NCBI GenBank assembly: GCA_964444305.1
Contig: CAYUGQ010000002.1
Coordinates: 1 to 47,454, forward strand
Direction of reading: 5' to 3'
Source of the DNA: an uncultured Candidatus Sumerlaeota bacterium
Lineage (GTDB): Bacteria; Sumerlaeota; Sumerlaeia; Sumerlaeales; Sumerlaeaceae
DNA: 47,454 nucleotides
Below the pieces are notes generated by a model. The model did not search any database. It worked only from the letters and a program-made list of their open reading frames with translations, and was not told where the DNA came from. The position numbers and the translations under genes are program-made. Shown here piece by piece: positions 9,273 to 17,885 of the stretch; position 1 is the stretch's first letter; the number at the start of each line of letters is the position of its first letter.

Positions 9273-10166
9273 TCATAGATACAGAATAGTCACAACGGAC
9301 ACGAGCCATAAAATTACCGCTACCAATAACGACAAATCCTGAAACAGAAGAGTTTCAGGCGCTCCCCCTTCGTCCTTTTTATAGACGAGGTAGAGGTAGC
9401 GAAAAATTCCGTAAAGTACGAATGGAAGGGTTAGGACCATATAACCCGCATCGGGCTGGTCAGCTACACCAATGGTCACATAAAGAGCGTAAGAAATAAC
9501 CGTGGCAGTGGTGGCCACGTTAATCATTTGGTCCAGGAAAATAGGGGAGTAATGTTCCAAAACGGGTCGGTGTGCTATGGCTTCGTCTGACAAAAGAACG
9601 ATTTCATGGCGTCTTTTGCAGATGACTACGAACAGCGCCAGGAACATGATGCAGGTAACAAACCAAGGGGTTATGAGGATAGTTTCTCCGGGATGTTCAA
9701 TAGCAAAGACGCCAGCCACGGCCCGGATTACAAAGCCGATGCTGACAATCATGAGGTCGAGTATGACTACGTGTTTCAACCGGAGGGAATATGCTATCAT
9801 CAGGAGCAGGTAAGCTATGGCGATGGCAATGAACCGCATCTCCATTGTTGTGAACATCAAAAGACCGGCAATGACTCCCAGCAAACCGCCGACGGCAAGG
9901 GCGGCCGATTTGCTGACCTGTCCGGCGGCGATGGGTCGTTTGCATTTTAGAGGGTGGACGCGGTCGATCTCGGCGTCGCGCACGTCATTGACGATATAGA
10001 TTATTGACGACAACAGACAAAATATCACAAACCCAATGGCAGCTTTGAAGAGGCGATCCACTTCGTGGAAATGGTTCGAGAAAATCACGCCGGCAAAAAG
10101 CAGCAGGTTTTTTGTCCATTGGCGTGGGCGCAACAGACGGATCATATTTACGGAGTTGGCATACAT
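9273..10166 (-). CDS. UbiA-family prenyltransferase, decaprenyl-phosphate phosphoribosyltransferase-like
   Basis: 297 aa and polytopic. N-terminal RPRQWTKNLLLFAGVIFS and the NDVRDAEIDRVHP (NDxxDxxxD) motif, as in the Rv3806c-type family. Confidence 0.7.
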   Translation of the reverse strand: MYANSVNMIRLLRPRQWTKNLLLFAGVIFSNHFHEVDRLFKAAIGFVIFCLLSSIIYIVNDVRDAEIDRVHPLKCKRPIAAGQVSKSAALAVGGLLGVIAGLLMFTTMEMRFIAIAIAYLLLMIAYSLRLKHVVILDLMIVSIGFVIRAVAGVFAIEHPGETILITPWFVTCIMFLALFVVICKRRHEIVLLSDEAIAHRPVLEHYSPIFLDQMINVATTATVISYALYVTIGVADQPDAGYMVLTLPFVLYGIFRYLYLVYKKDEGGAPETLLFQDLSLLVAVILWLVSVVTILYL

Positions 10167-10211
10167 AAAGATAAGTGTGCCCTCTGGTAATCTGCGAGAT
10201 TGGAGTGTGCA

Positions 10212-10943
10212 ATGGGAAATGTTAGCAGGTCAGCGCAACATAAAAACGCTGTGATTACAGGTGGATCCAGAGGGATTGGTCTGGCGGCAGCCGAGACTCT
10301 GGCCGGGGCGGGCTATCAAATTTTGCTGTGCTCACGCTCTGATGAAGCTGTCCGGGGAGCCACTGAAAAATTACAACGTGACGGAGCAAAGGTTTTTGGT
10401 ATTTCGTGTGATGTATCGTCAGAGGCGGATGTGGCGATGCTGGTCTCCGAAGCGAAGCGGCTGCTTGGACCGGTGGATGTGCTGTTTAATAATGCAGGAT
10501 CTGGGAAGGTGGTTTCCCTGGAAGCTACCAGCATGGAATTGTGGAGTCATACTATAGGCAGTTCGCTGACGGGGACGTTTCTTTGCTGTCGGGCGTTTCT
10601 TCCGCTTTTGAAGCAGGCTCCTTCTCCGATTATTATAAATAATGCGTCGGTCTCCGCCAATCGGGGTTTTCCGGGGTTTGCGGCTTACAGCGCGGCCAAA
10701 GGTGGTGTTGCGGCTTTATCCAGAGCGATTCGCGAAGAACTAAGAGCGGATGGTATCCGAGTGACTACGCTTTACCCGGGAGCCACGGATTCACCTTTTT
10801 GGGAGGCCGTCGACGGAGAATGGGATCGATCGCGAATGATGACATGCGAAGATGTCGGAAAAGTGATTCTGCAGATTGCGGAGACCAATGCATGCGCCAT
10901 GGTGGAAGAGATTCACCTTATGCCGGCTGGTGGTGTTTTATAA
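10212..10943 (+). CDS. short-chain dehydrogenase/reductase (classical SDR)
   Basis: TGGSRGIG Rossmann motif, NNAG, and catalytic YSAAK. ATG 10212 is preceded by GGAG; the ORF track started at the TTG at 10200. Confidence 0.9.
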   Translation: MGNVSRSAQHKNAVITGGSRGIGLAAAETLAGAGYQILLCSRSDEAVRGATEKLQRDGAKVFGISCDVSSEADVAMLVSEAKRLLGPVDVLFNNAGSGKVVSLEATSMELWSHTIGSSLTGTFLCCRAFLPLLKQAPSPIIINNASVSANRGFPGFAAYSAAKGGVAALSRAIREELRADGIRVTTLYPGATDSPFWEAVDGEWDRSRMMTCEDVGKVILQIAETNACAMVEEIHLMPAGGVL

Positions 10944-11822
10944 CGTCGGGTGGCTAGCGTGGATCTTTTCCAGGGCGGTTCGAAGTGGTGTTACTTTAAC
11001 CATATCGTGGAACTTGTCCGAAACCAGAGAGATATCTCTTGGGCGCCAGGCGTGTTTTGGGTCATCCCCGATCAGTCCCGGCCGTACCTGATTTGCAGGG
11101 ATTGACCAGGTTTCGGCAATCACTTGTGCGAGATCATAACGGGAAACCCGGTCTGTGCCACCTGCATTGACAATACCGTTGGTTTGGTTTTTCGCCATTA
11201 ACAGCAGGAGGTTGACCAGATCGGCGACATAAACAGGGGTACGAATTTCATCTGTGAAAAAGGCTCCGTCCCCAGTGCGAATTGATGACAGCGAGGCTGA
11301 GATAACAGACATTCGATTTTCTGTGGGTTCGCCGTAAACGAGGGCTGGGCGGACAATTCCCCATTTGCCGGGATAATCCTTAACGAGTTCTTCGGCTTGC
11401 GCTTTGGAACTTCCGTAGGCGCTGACAGCGTCTGTAACGGCGTCTTCTTCATAAGGGGCACTTTCTCCACGAAAGACCATGTCTGTGCTGATATGGAGAA
11501 AGTAGGGGAGGGGGTCGCAGGCTGAAGCGGCCATTACCAAGTTGGACGTGACCTGGACATTACCGATTCGGGCAAGTTCCGAGTTTTGCTGGCACAGGCC
11601 GGTGCGAGCCTCGGCAGCGAGATGGATAATGCCTGAAATGTTATGCTGGCTGAAGAGTTTGCTGACGACATCAGCATCTGTCAGATCAGCTTGGACACCG
11701 CCGGTAATGGAGTTTGATCGCCAGACTGGAAGATACTCGACGCGGTTGTGGCCATTTTCACTCTGCAGTGCTTTTAGAAGATGCTGTCCGACGAAGCCGG
11801 AGGCTCCCGTAATCAGCAACAT
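10938..11822 (-). CDS. NAD(P)-dependent sugar-nucleotide epimerase/reductase, RmlD-like extended SDR
   Basis: 294 aa. N-terminal ITGASGFVGQHL, catalytic YGSSKAQAE, RmlD-like length and layout. Its 3' end overlaps the convergent SDR by 6 nt. Confidence 0.75.
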   Translation of the reverse strand: MLLITGASGFVGQHLLKALQSENGHNRVEYLPVWRSNSITGGVQADLTDADVVSKLFSQHNISGIIHLAAEARTGLCQQNSELARIGNVQVTSNLVMAASACDPLPYFLHISTDMVFRGESAPYEEDAVTDAVSAYGSSKAQAEELVKDYPGKWGIVRPALVYGEPTENRMSVISASLSSIRTGDGAFFTDEIRTPVYVADLVNLLLLMAKNQTNGIVNAGGTDRVSRYDLAQVIAETWSIPANQVRPGLIGDDPKHAWRPRDISLVSDKFHDMVKVTPLRTALEKIHASHPTL

Positions 11823-11824
11823 GC

Positions 11825-12736
11825 TCAGGTTTTCGGCACAGCAAACTGATTGAGGCGATCGACCGCACTGCGCAGTTTGTTGCTGTTGGTGTGGGTGTAG
11901 ATCTGAGTGGAGGTGATAGAAGAATGGCCCAGAAGGCTTTTGATTTCCAGAATATCGACGTCGTTCATATGGAGCAATGTGGCAAAGGTGTGACGGAGTT
12001 TGTGAGGGCTGATTTTCTCTTTTGCGATGCCAGCTTTCTGGACGTACTTTCGGACGATGTTGACGATTGACCGTCCGGTCAGACGGCCGCCCTGTCGGTT
12101 TAAAAAGACAGCCTCGCCGTCGCCAGTAACGGGACGAATTTCCAGATACGCATTGATCGCATTAAAAACGAACTCGTTCATGGGAATGAGGCGTTCTTTG
12201 GAGCCTTTGCCCATCACCTTGATGGTGCGACGCTCAAGGTCGATTGAGTTGAGGTCCATCCCGACGAGCTCCTGTCGGCGCATACCGGTGAAGCCAAGGG
12301 TTACCAAAATGGCAAAATCTCGACATCCCATGACGTTGTTAGGGTCCGGGGCACTCAGCAGACGCTTCAGTTCGCTGTCGATGAGGTAGATTGGAAGCTT
12401 TTTGGGAAGTTTTGGGTTGTGAATGTAAGCCGCAGGGCTGGCCTCGACCATGCCGCGCATTACGGCGTATTCGAACAGTACCCGTATGGACGCTATGACG
12501 CGGGATAGCGTCGTGCTTTTATAACTGCGGGTGGACTGAAGGTAATGGAGATATTCTTTAATGTTATCCGTTGCCACTTTATCAATTGTGGGTTCGGTAC
12601 CTTTTGTTCGTATCAGAAACTCTTTAAACTTTTGCAAGTCGAACTGATACGCTTCCCGGGTAGCGGGGGACAGGTTTCGCTCAACCTGTAAATATCGATC
12701 AAACTCTGCCATGGCAGCAGAAAGCAACAGGGACAT
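11825..12736 (-). CDS. tyrosine site-specific recombinase, XerC/XerD family
   Basis: 303 aa. N-terminal SAM-like core-binding domain (FDRYLQVERNLSPATREAYQFDL) and catalytic HKLRHTFAT ... LLGHSSITSTQIYTH. Confidence 0.9.
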   Translation of the reverse strand: MSLLLSAAMAEFDRYLQVERNLSPATREAYQFDLQKFKEFLIRTKGTEPTIDKVATDNIKEYLHYLQSTRSYKSTTLSRVIASIRVLFEYAVMRGMVEASPAAYIHNPKLPKKLPIYLIDSELKRLLSAPDPNNVMGCRDFAILVTLGFTGMRRQELVGMDLNSIDLERRTIKVMGKGSKERLIPMNEFVFNAINAYLEIRPVTGDGEAVFLNRQGGRLTGRSIVNIVRKYVQKAGIAKEKISPHKLRHTFATLLHMNDVDILEIKSLLGHSSITSTQIYTHTNSNKLRSAVDRLNQFAVPKT

Positions 12737-12900
12737 CGTAATTCCTCCACAGGATCAACGGTAACTTAAAGCCCGGGCCGGATGTCTTGCGGCCTCGTGC
12801 CATCAACAATTAGGTGCTTCATATAAAGAAGCATCGGTGGACGTCAAGAGAAATATGGTCCAGTTTTTAAAACTTTAATGCAACGGTTTGTGAAACTGTC

Positions 12901-13626
12901 TTGCACGGGACGGGTGAAGGGAAAAATGCACAGGGAAAGCGAATACAGGTATGGCTGAGGCTTTTACTCTTCAAAAAATTAAAGAGGACTGAACCAATTC
13001 TTTCTCCTGACGACGCCCTGAACCGCCTGATTGAGGGCAACAAACGATATGCCACTGGATGTCCAGATCGTCCTCATCAGGATGCCCTGCGCCGTGCCGA
13101 AGTGGCGACTTCCCAGGATCCTTTTGCGGTCGTAGTTGGCTGCTCTGACTCGCGTGTTCCCGTGGAGGTGATTTTCGATGTTGGAGTGGGAGACCTGTTT
13201 GTGGTACGCACAGCCGGAAACCTGGTGGAAGATGTGTGCATTGCCAGCGTGGAATATGCGATTGCTGTTCTGGATGTGCGGCTTGTGATGGTGATGGGGC
13301 ACCGGCGCTGTGGGGCAGTGTCATCGGCCGTTGAGGCAACATTGGAGGAAGAAAAAGATACGATTTCCGCGCCCAATATTAATCTTGATACGGACCGGCC
13401 GCGCAGTCATGTGGATGGTCTGGTGTCTAAGATTCGACCTGCGGTTTATCGTGTGCTTCATGCTCCGGGAGATTTGGTGGATAATGCAGTCCGGTCAAAC
13501 GTCCAGTTAATGGTTCGGCGCTTACAAAAGCGCAGTGTCATTATCTATGATGCCGTTGTTTCGGGGAAGGTAAAGATCGTAGGCTCGGTTTATGACCTGG
13601 ATACCGGTGTGGTTACCGAGATCTGA
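12901..13626 (+). CDS. beta-class carbonic anhydrase (start codon uncertain)
   Basis: Zinc-ligand motifs CSDSRVP and GHRRCGAV, and the conserved LIEGNKRY N-terminal helix. There is no in-frame ATG upstream of the conserved core, so TTG 12901 is simply the first possible start. Confidence 0.85.
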   Translation: MHGTGEGKNAQGKRIQVWLRLLLFKKLKRTEPILSPDDALNRLIEGNKRYATGCPDRPHQDALRRAEVATSQDPFAVVVGCSDSRVPVEVIFDVGVGDLFVVRTAGNLVEDVCIASVEYAIAVLDVRLVMVMGHRRCGAVSSAVEATLEEEKDTISAPNINLDTDRPRSHVDGLVSKIRPAVYRVLHAPGDLVDNAVRSNVQLMVRRLQKRSVIIYDAVVSGKVKIVGSVYDLDTGVVTEI

Positions 13627-13683
13627 CGGCTTACTCGTTACCATAATCTCCGGATCATGGACGTCTTTTTCTCCTGACTGCTC

Positions 13684-14178
13684 CTAAACGATGTGTTCTG
13701 GTTTTACATAGATTGCAGTGCCATAAGCGATTATTTCCGCGCTAGTCGCCCCTTCGTTTCGGCCGGGACTGTCATTTATCATGCTTGTCCCTAGTCGCAT
13801 GTTCCAGACGACATTGCATCCGTGGTCAGCGGCCATCTGTTTCATTCGAATAATGGCTTCGCGGCGGCCGCGAGATATGAGCCGTTCGTATTCTCCCAGC
13901 CGGCCTCCGATGATTTTTTTGAGGCCGCTGACAAACATTTTAAAGAAGTCATTGGCTAGGACGACGGATCCGACAACTAACACGGGTTCGCTGGCGATGA
14001 CCCAATTTGCCGGCAGGGTTTTCAGTTGTTCGACGCGGATGTGGGCGAGGGCGGCTTCCTGTTGTTGTAGATAAGCAAGATGGTGACGCTCCACTAAGCG
14101 CCCCACGATAAAGAAAAGTACGAGCGCAGCAACAGGTATCAACAGATCGCCAAGGATTGAAATTACGTCGATGTTCAT
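13684..14178 (-). CDS. membrane-anchored YbjQ/UPF0145 (DUF74) family protein
   Basis: 164 aa. N-terminal TM helix (ILGDLLIPVAALVLFFIV), then a YbjQ-like domain (GGRLGEYERLISRGRREAIIRMKQMAADHGCNVV ... AYGTAI). Confidence 0.75.
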   Translation of the reverse strand: MNIDVISILGDLLIPVAALVLFFIVGRLVERHHLAYLQQQEAALAHIRVEQLKTLPANWVIASEPVLVVGSVVLANDFFKMFVSGLKKIIGGRLGEYERLISRGRREAIIRMKQMAADHGCNVVWNMRLGTSMINDSPGRNEGATSAEIIAYGTAIYVKPEHIV

Positions 14179-14183
14179 AGGAT

Positions 14184-14498
14184 CTATGCCAAAACCACTG
14201 CGGTGCCGTAGACGTAAAGCTCGGCGGCTCCAGAGGTCACACTGCTCGTAGCAAAGCGAACATTCACCACCGCATTAGCTCCCATATCCCGCGCCTGTGC
14301 GATCATCCGCTCGATGGCTTCCTGGCGTGATTCGACGAGCAGTTCGGTATAGCCCTTCAGTTCGCCCCCGAACATGTTTTTCAAGCCTGCAGCGATGTCA
14401 CGTCCGACGTGTTTGGCCCGGACGGTGCTGCCCTGAACCAGCCCTTTAACTTCTCTGATTTCGCGGCCTACAACGTACTCGGTGTTTACGATAAGCAT
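14184..14498 (-). CDS. YbjQ/UPF0145 (DUF74) family protein
   Basis: 104 aa, canonical length. Motifs GGELKGYTELLVESRQEAIERMIAQARDMGANAVVNVRF ... YGTAV. Confidence 0.85.
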   Translation of the reverse strand: MLIVNTEYVVGREIREVKGLVQGSTVRAKHVGRDIAAGLKNMFGGELKGYTELLVESRQEAIERMIAQARDMGANAVVNVRFATSSVTSGAAELYVYGTAVVLA

Positions 14499-14611
14499 CT
14501 GTTTAACTCTTTCGGAGGTTTGTGCGTTCTAATTGAGGTGCATATTAGAATTTGGAAACGCAAGGTATCATGAAATCTTTTGCTAAGGCGCTGACGCTTC
14601 CGCACTACGGA

Positions 14612-15736
14612 TCAGGGAGTACATGGGGAGTGACGTTTCCATTTTTCCAGTATTTCATTCGGTGCGCCGTCATTTATGGCCTGTTGCGCCAGCATGATCC
14701 CGGCGTCAATATCTGTCGCTTTTCCGGCAATCATCAAACGCAGTGCGGCGTTCAGAACAACAGCGTTTGTGTATGATGTATTAGTCTGAGGCGCTTCGAG
14801 GAAGCTAGCCAGGGCATCGATGCTCATTTTTACTTGTTCTGTGAGAGAAGCCGCTCGGCCGGAGATTTGGCTTATGTGGCAGGGGAGGCCGATTTCGTCA
14901 CTGTTGATGGGGCGTAGTTCATAGTGGTCGCGGTGGACGTGAGCGTAAAACACCCCGCCTGCACGGATTTCGTCAGAGCCTTCGATTCCCTTCACTACGG
15001 CAGCTCTGCTGAAGGGCATGTCGGGCTGAGAAAGAGCTTCACCCATCAGGGTCGCAAATGGATCATGGAAAAATCCCGTTACGCAATATTTTGCCCCGAA
15101 TGGATTTGAGAGGATTTCCATAGTGTTGATTATAGTGCGTTTACCCATCTGGATTCGGCAGGGGAGAAGGGAGTGCAGGCCGGGATTGAGTTCCTGTTGA
15201 TCGATGTAGGCGATTCCCGCTTCGTGGATCGAAGAGAGGGCCTTTTGAAACGACGGCCTGAAGTTAATTCCGAGGGCTTCCAGTAAATGACTGGTGGTGA
15301 GACCATATTTCATGGGGATTCCGCGGGCACCATGCAAGATGATGGGGACGCCACAAGCGGCTACTGTCAGGGCGGCGGCCAGCGATATGTTTAAAGTGCG
15401 GGATTTGCCATTGTATGCACCGGCGCAGGTTAATAAATTAGGGGGAACATCAATGTCGGCTGTCCCAAACGCTTTTTCCATGGACTGATTCTGTGCTGCA
15501 AACATGGCATCAAGAAACCCAGCGAGTTCTTCCGGCATTTCTGTTTTGTAACGGAGCGCCATAAAGAATGCGCCGAAGGTTACGGGATCAAACTGCCCTG
15601 TAAGCAGGGCTTCCATGGCGAGGCGGGCATCTTCGCGAGAAAGATCTTTGCTGCCTGACTTTCCGACACCTACCCGGCTCATGTAGCTTAGGAGGTTGTT
15701 TTGGTAGCTGCGTGTTCCGGTCTTGTTAGGGTTCAT
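14612..15736 (-). CDS. anthranilate phosphoribosyltransferase-family (glycosyltransferase family 3) paralogue, non-canonical
   Basis: 374 aa. Helical N-terminal domain (DLSREDARLAMEALLTGQ...GAFFMALRYK) and a TrpD-like core, but CAGAYNGKSRTLNIS occupies the place of the GTGGDGxNTxNIST motif. Confidence 0.7.
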   Translation of the reverse strand: MNPNKTGTRSYQNNLLSYMSRVGVGKSGSKDLSREDARLAMEALLTGQFDPVTFGAFFMALRYKTEMPEELAGFLDAMFAAQNQSMEKAFGTADIDVPPNLLTCAGAYNGKSRTLNISLAAALTVAACGVPIILHGARGIPMKYGLTTSHLLEALGINFRPSFQKALSSIHEAGIAYIDQQELNPGLHSLLPCRIQMGKRTIINTMEILSNPFGAKYCVTGFFHDPFATLMGEALSQPDMPFSRAAVVKGIEGSDEIRAGGVFYAHVHRDHYELRPINSDEIGLPCHISQISGRAASLTEQVKMSIDALASFLEAPQTNTSYTNAVVLNAALRLMIAGKATDIDAGIMLAQQAINDGAPNEILEKWKRHSPCTP

Positions 15737-15890
15737 AAGGTTCCCTACACTCTGACATGGGATAAACTTAGGCGTCTAATAGTCCGGAGGATACGACACC
15801 CGGAATCCCTGCTTGAATCGAAGGTTTCTTTGGTGTTGCGTTATCTTATATTGTTAAACAATACAGCACGCCTCTACCCGAAAAGAAGGG

Positions 15891-16688
15891 ATGTTTGATC
15901 AGAAATCTATGAAAAATCTCAAATTACAAATCTCAGCGGTAGCAGTGGCCGTCGCAGGAATAGTTGCTCCATCGATGGCGCAGAATACAGATCCGGCTTT
16001 GGCCCTGACACCACGTCCGGTTGTCTTGCGTGCGGATGACAATTCGACTAAGGCGGAGACACTTTACACCACAGACGGTCCCGAATTTTTGCGGGCTTCT
16101 TTGCCCTTGTTGCCAGAACCGAACAAGTCCATTGTGCAGCTAATGCTGGAGTATCCGACTGATGGCAAACACACTTACTGGTGGCCGAGGTCGGGCGAAA
16201 GCAGCTATGACGGCAGCACGACTGATGTGATACTTAATGATGAAGTGGTAATGAAGGGTGAACCTGGGGCCCGGACGTTTTGCTGTGGCTTGACCCTGGA
16301 GGTTTATTACCGGTCTATTGCGAACAATCCGCAGGCTGTCCAAAAAATCACGGGGGATTCCCGTAAGTTTAAGGGGGACTGGTTTTGCAGAAACATCAAT
16401 TCACCGGGGCCTCTGGATGCACTTCAGGCCGCAGGGCTGGGGACGGAAGTAAAAGATCTTGATCAGGCATTGCCGGGGGATTTTGTTCAGTTGTGGCGGA
16501 ATGGTAAATCGGGTCACTCGGTAATTTTTGTAAACTGGATTAAAGATGCCACGGGCAAAAAGGTTGGCTTGCAGTATTGGAGCACCCAAACTTCCACTCA
16601 GGGAATTGGTTTTGCGTCGGAGTCTTTTGGGCCGGCTAACAACCAGATTAATCCTGAGCACTTTTCCGTCGCACGTCCTACAATATAA
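15891..16688 (+). CDS. secreted hypothetical protein, possible papain-like (NlpC/P60- or CHAP-like) fold
   Basis: 265 aa. Signal peptide (ISAVAVAVAGIVAPSMAQ). Cys in FCCGLTLEVYY and a downstream GDFVQLWRNGKSGHSVIFV, arranged like Cys...His thiol hydrolases. The assignment is tentative. Confidence 0.4.
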   Translation: MFDQKSMKNLKLQISAVAVAVAGIVAPSMAQNTDPALALTPRPVVLRADDNSTKAETLYTTDGPEFLRASLPLLPEPNKSIVQLMLEYPTDGKHTYWWPRSGESSYDGSTTDVILNDEVVMKGEPGARTFCCGLTLEVYYRSIANNPQAVQKITGDSRKFKGDWFCRNINSPGPLDALQAAGLGTEVKDLDQALPGDFVQLWRNGKSGHSVIFVNWIKDATGKKVGLQYWSTQTSTQGIGFASESFGPANNQINPEHFSVARPTI

Positions 16689-16705
16689 ACAATTGAAAGA
16701 TCTGA

Positions 16706-16721
16706 TGGCAGGCGAAATGCG
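16706..16721 (+). promoter_or_regulatory. candidate sigma-54 (-24/-12) promoter upstream of pilT
   Basis: TGGCAGG-CGAA-ATGCG. GG at 16707-16708 and GC at 16719-16720 have canonical spacing, with 9/12 consensus positions. It lies 35 nt before the pilT ATG, and GAGAGG (Shine-Dalgarno) sits between them. Confidence 0.35.
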
Positions 16722-16755
16722 CTGTTAGTCGGATGTCTAGAGAGGTAATGCAGTA

Positions 16756-17865
16756 ATGCTGGAAATGAACGAAATGCTGAAGCTGGTGGTGGAGCGTGAG
16801 GGCTCTGACCTGCATATTTCAGTGGGCAAACCACCAGTCATGCGGATTCACGGCGGCTTGGATATTGTGGATCCGGATATTGTGACGCCGGAAGATTCTG
16901 ACCGCCTGATGCGTGAGATCACGCCGCCACGCTACCAGCAGCAGATTCAGGAAACAGGTGGAGCGGACTTTGCCTATGCGTACAGCGATATGGCCCGTTT
17001 TCGGTGTGCAGTTTTCCGCGCTCGGGGCAATATCTCCATCGTTATGCGACTGATCCCTTCCAAACTTCTAAGTTTTGATCAGCTCGGGTTGCCGAAGGAT
17101 TCGATCATTGAGATGCTGAACGCTCACCGCGGTCTGGTGCTTGTCACAGGACCGACTGGATCAGGGAAAACGACGTCCCTGGCGACAATGATCGATTACA
17201 TTAACGCTGAGCGTTACTGTCATATTATCACCATTGAAGATCCGCTTGAGTACACCCACCCTCACAAGAAGGCTATCGTAACCCACCGCGAGCTGCACGT
17301 GGATACACCCAGCTTTGCTTATGCGCTACGCGGTGCACTTCGACAGGATCCAGACGTTATTCTCGTAGGTGAAATGCGAGATCTGGAGACAATGGAAGCA
17401 GGTATCACGGCTGCGGAAACGGGTCACTTGGTTTTTGGAACGCTACATACCATTTCTGCATCGGAAACCATTAACCGTATTATTGACGCATTTCCGACGA
17501 ACCAGCAGGAGCAGGTTCGCGCAGTGTTGTCGGTAGCATTAAAGACTGTTATCGCCCAGACGCTGTTGCCGCGCTCCAGCGGGCGTGGTCGTGTTGCTGC
17601 TTATGAAATTCTGCACAACACCCCCGCGGTTGCTAACCTTATCCGTGAAAAGAAAACCAACCGTATCATTTCTACGATTCAAACCAGCGCGCGTCAGGGC
17701 ATGGTTACGATGGATGATTACCTGTTCATGCTGTATAAAAACGGGTTAATTTCCGGCGAAATCTGCCTGGAACGTTGCCACTATCCGGGTGAGATGCGCG
17801 AGAAAATGATGGGCCTGCTGGGCGGAGCCGAAGGGGAAGACGAAGAAGTGCCAGCCGGCGTGTAA
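16756..17865 (+). CDS. pilT: type IV pilus retraction (twitching motility) ATPase PilT
   Basis: 369 aa. Walker A GPTGSGKTT, IITIEDPLEY, Walker B ILVGEMRD, and a PilT-type AVANLIREKK (AIRNLIRE-like) motif. Confidence 0.9.
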   Translation: MLEMNEMLKLVVEREGSDLHISVGKPPVMRIHGGLDIVDPDIVTPEDSDRLMREITPPRYQQQIQETGGADFAYAYSDMARFRCAVFRARGNISIVMRLIPSKLLSFDQLGLPKDSIIEMLNAHRGLVLVTGPTGSGKTTSLATMIDYINAERYCHIITIEDPLEYTHPHKKAIVTHRELHVDTPSFAYALRGALRQDPDVILVGEMRDLETMEAGITAAETGHLVFGTLHTISASETINRIIDAFPTNQQEQVRAVLSVALKTVIAQTLLPRSSGRGRVAAYEILHNTPAVANLIREKKTNRIISTIQTSARQGMVTMDDYLFMLYKNGLISGEICLERCHYPGEMREKMMGLLGGAEGEDEEVPAGV

Positions 17866-17885
17866 ACGACAAACGACCGTCAAAC

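Noticed and set aside
11825-12736. The tyrosine recombinase as a marker of an integrated mobile element.
   Set aside because: It has XerC/D-like length and N-terminal domain. There is no adjacent tRNA, no flanking direct repeats, no phage or transposon genes and no compositional break visible. It is most likely the housekeeping chromosome-dimer resolvase.
12789-12802. A perfect -24 element TGGCACG on the minus strand, upstream of the xerC/D-type gene.
   Set aside because: The nearest GC dinucleotide is one nt too close (GG-N9-GC instead of N10). Sigma-54 promoters do not tolerate spacing changes.
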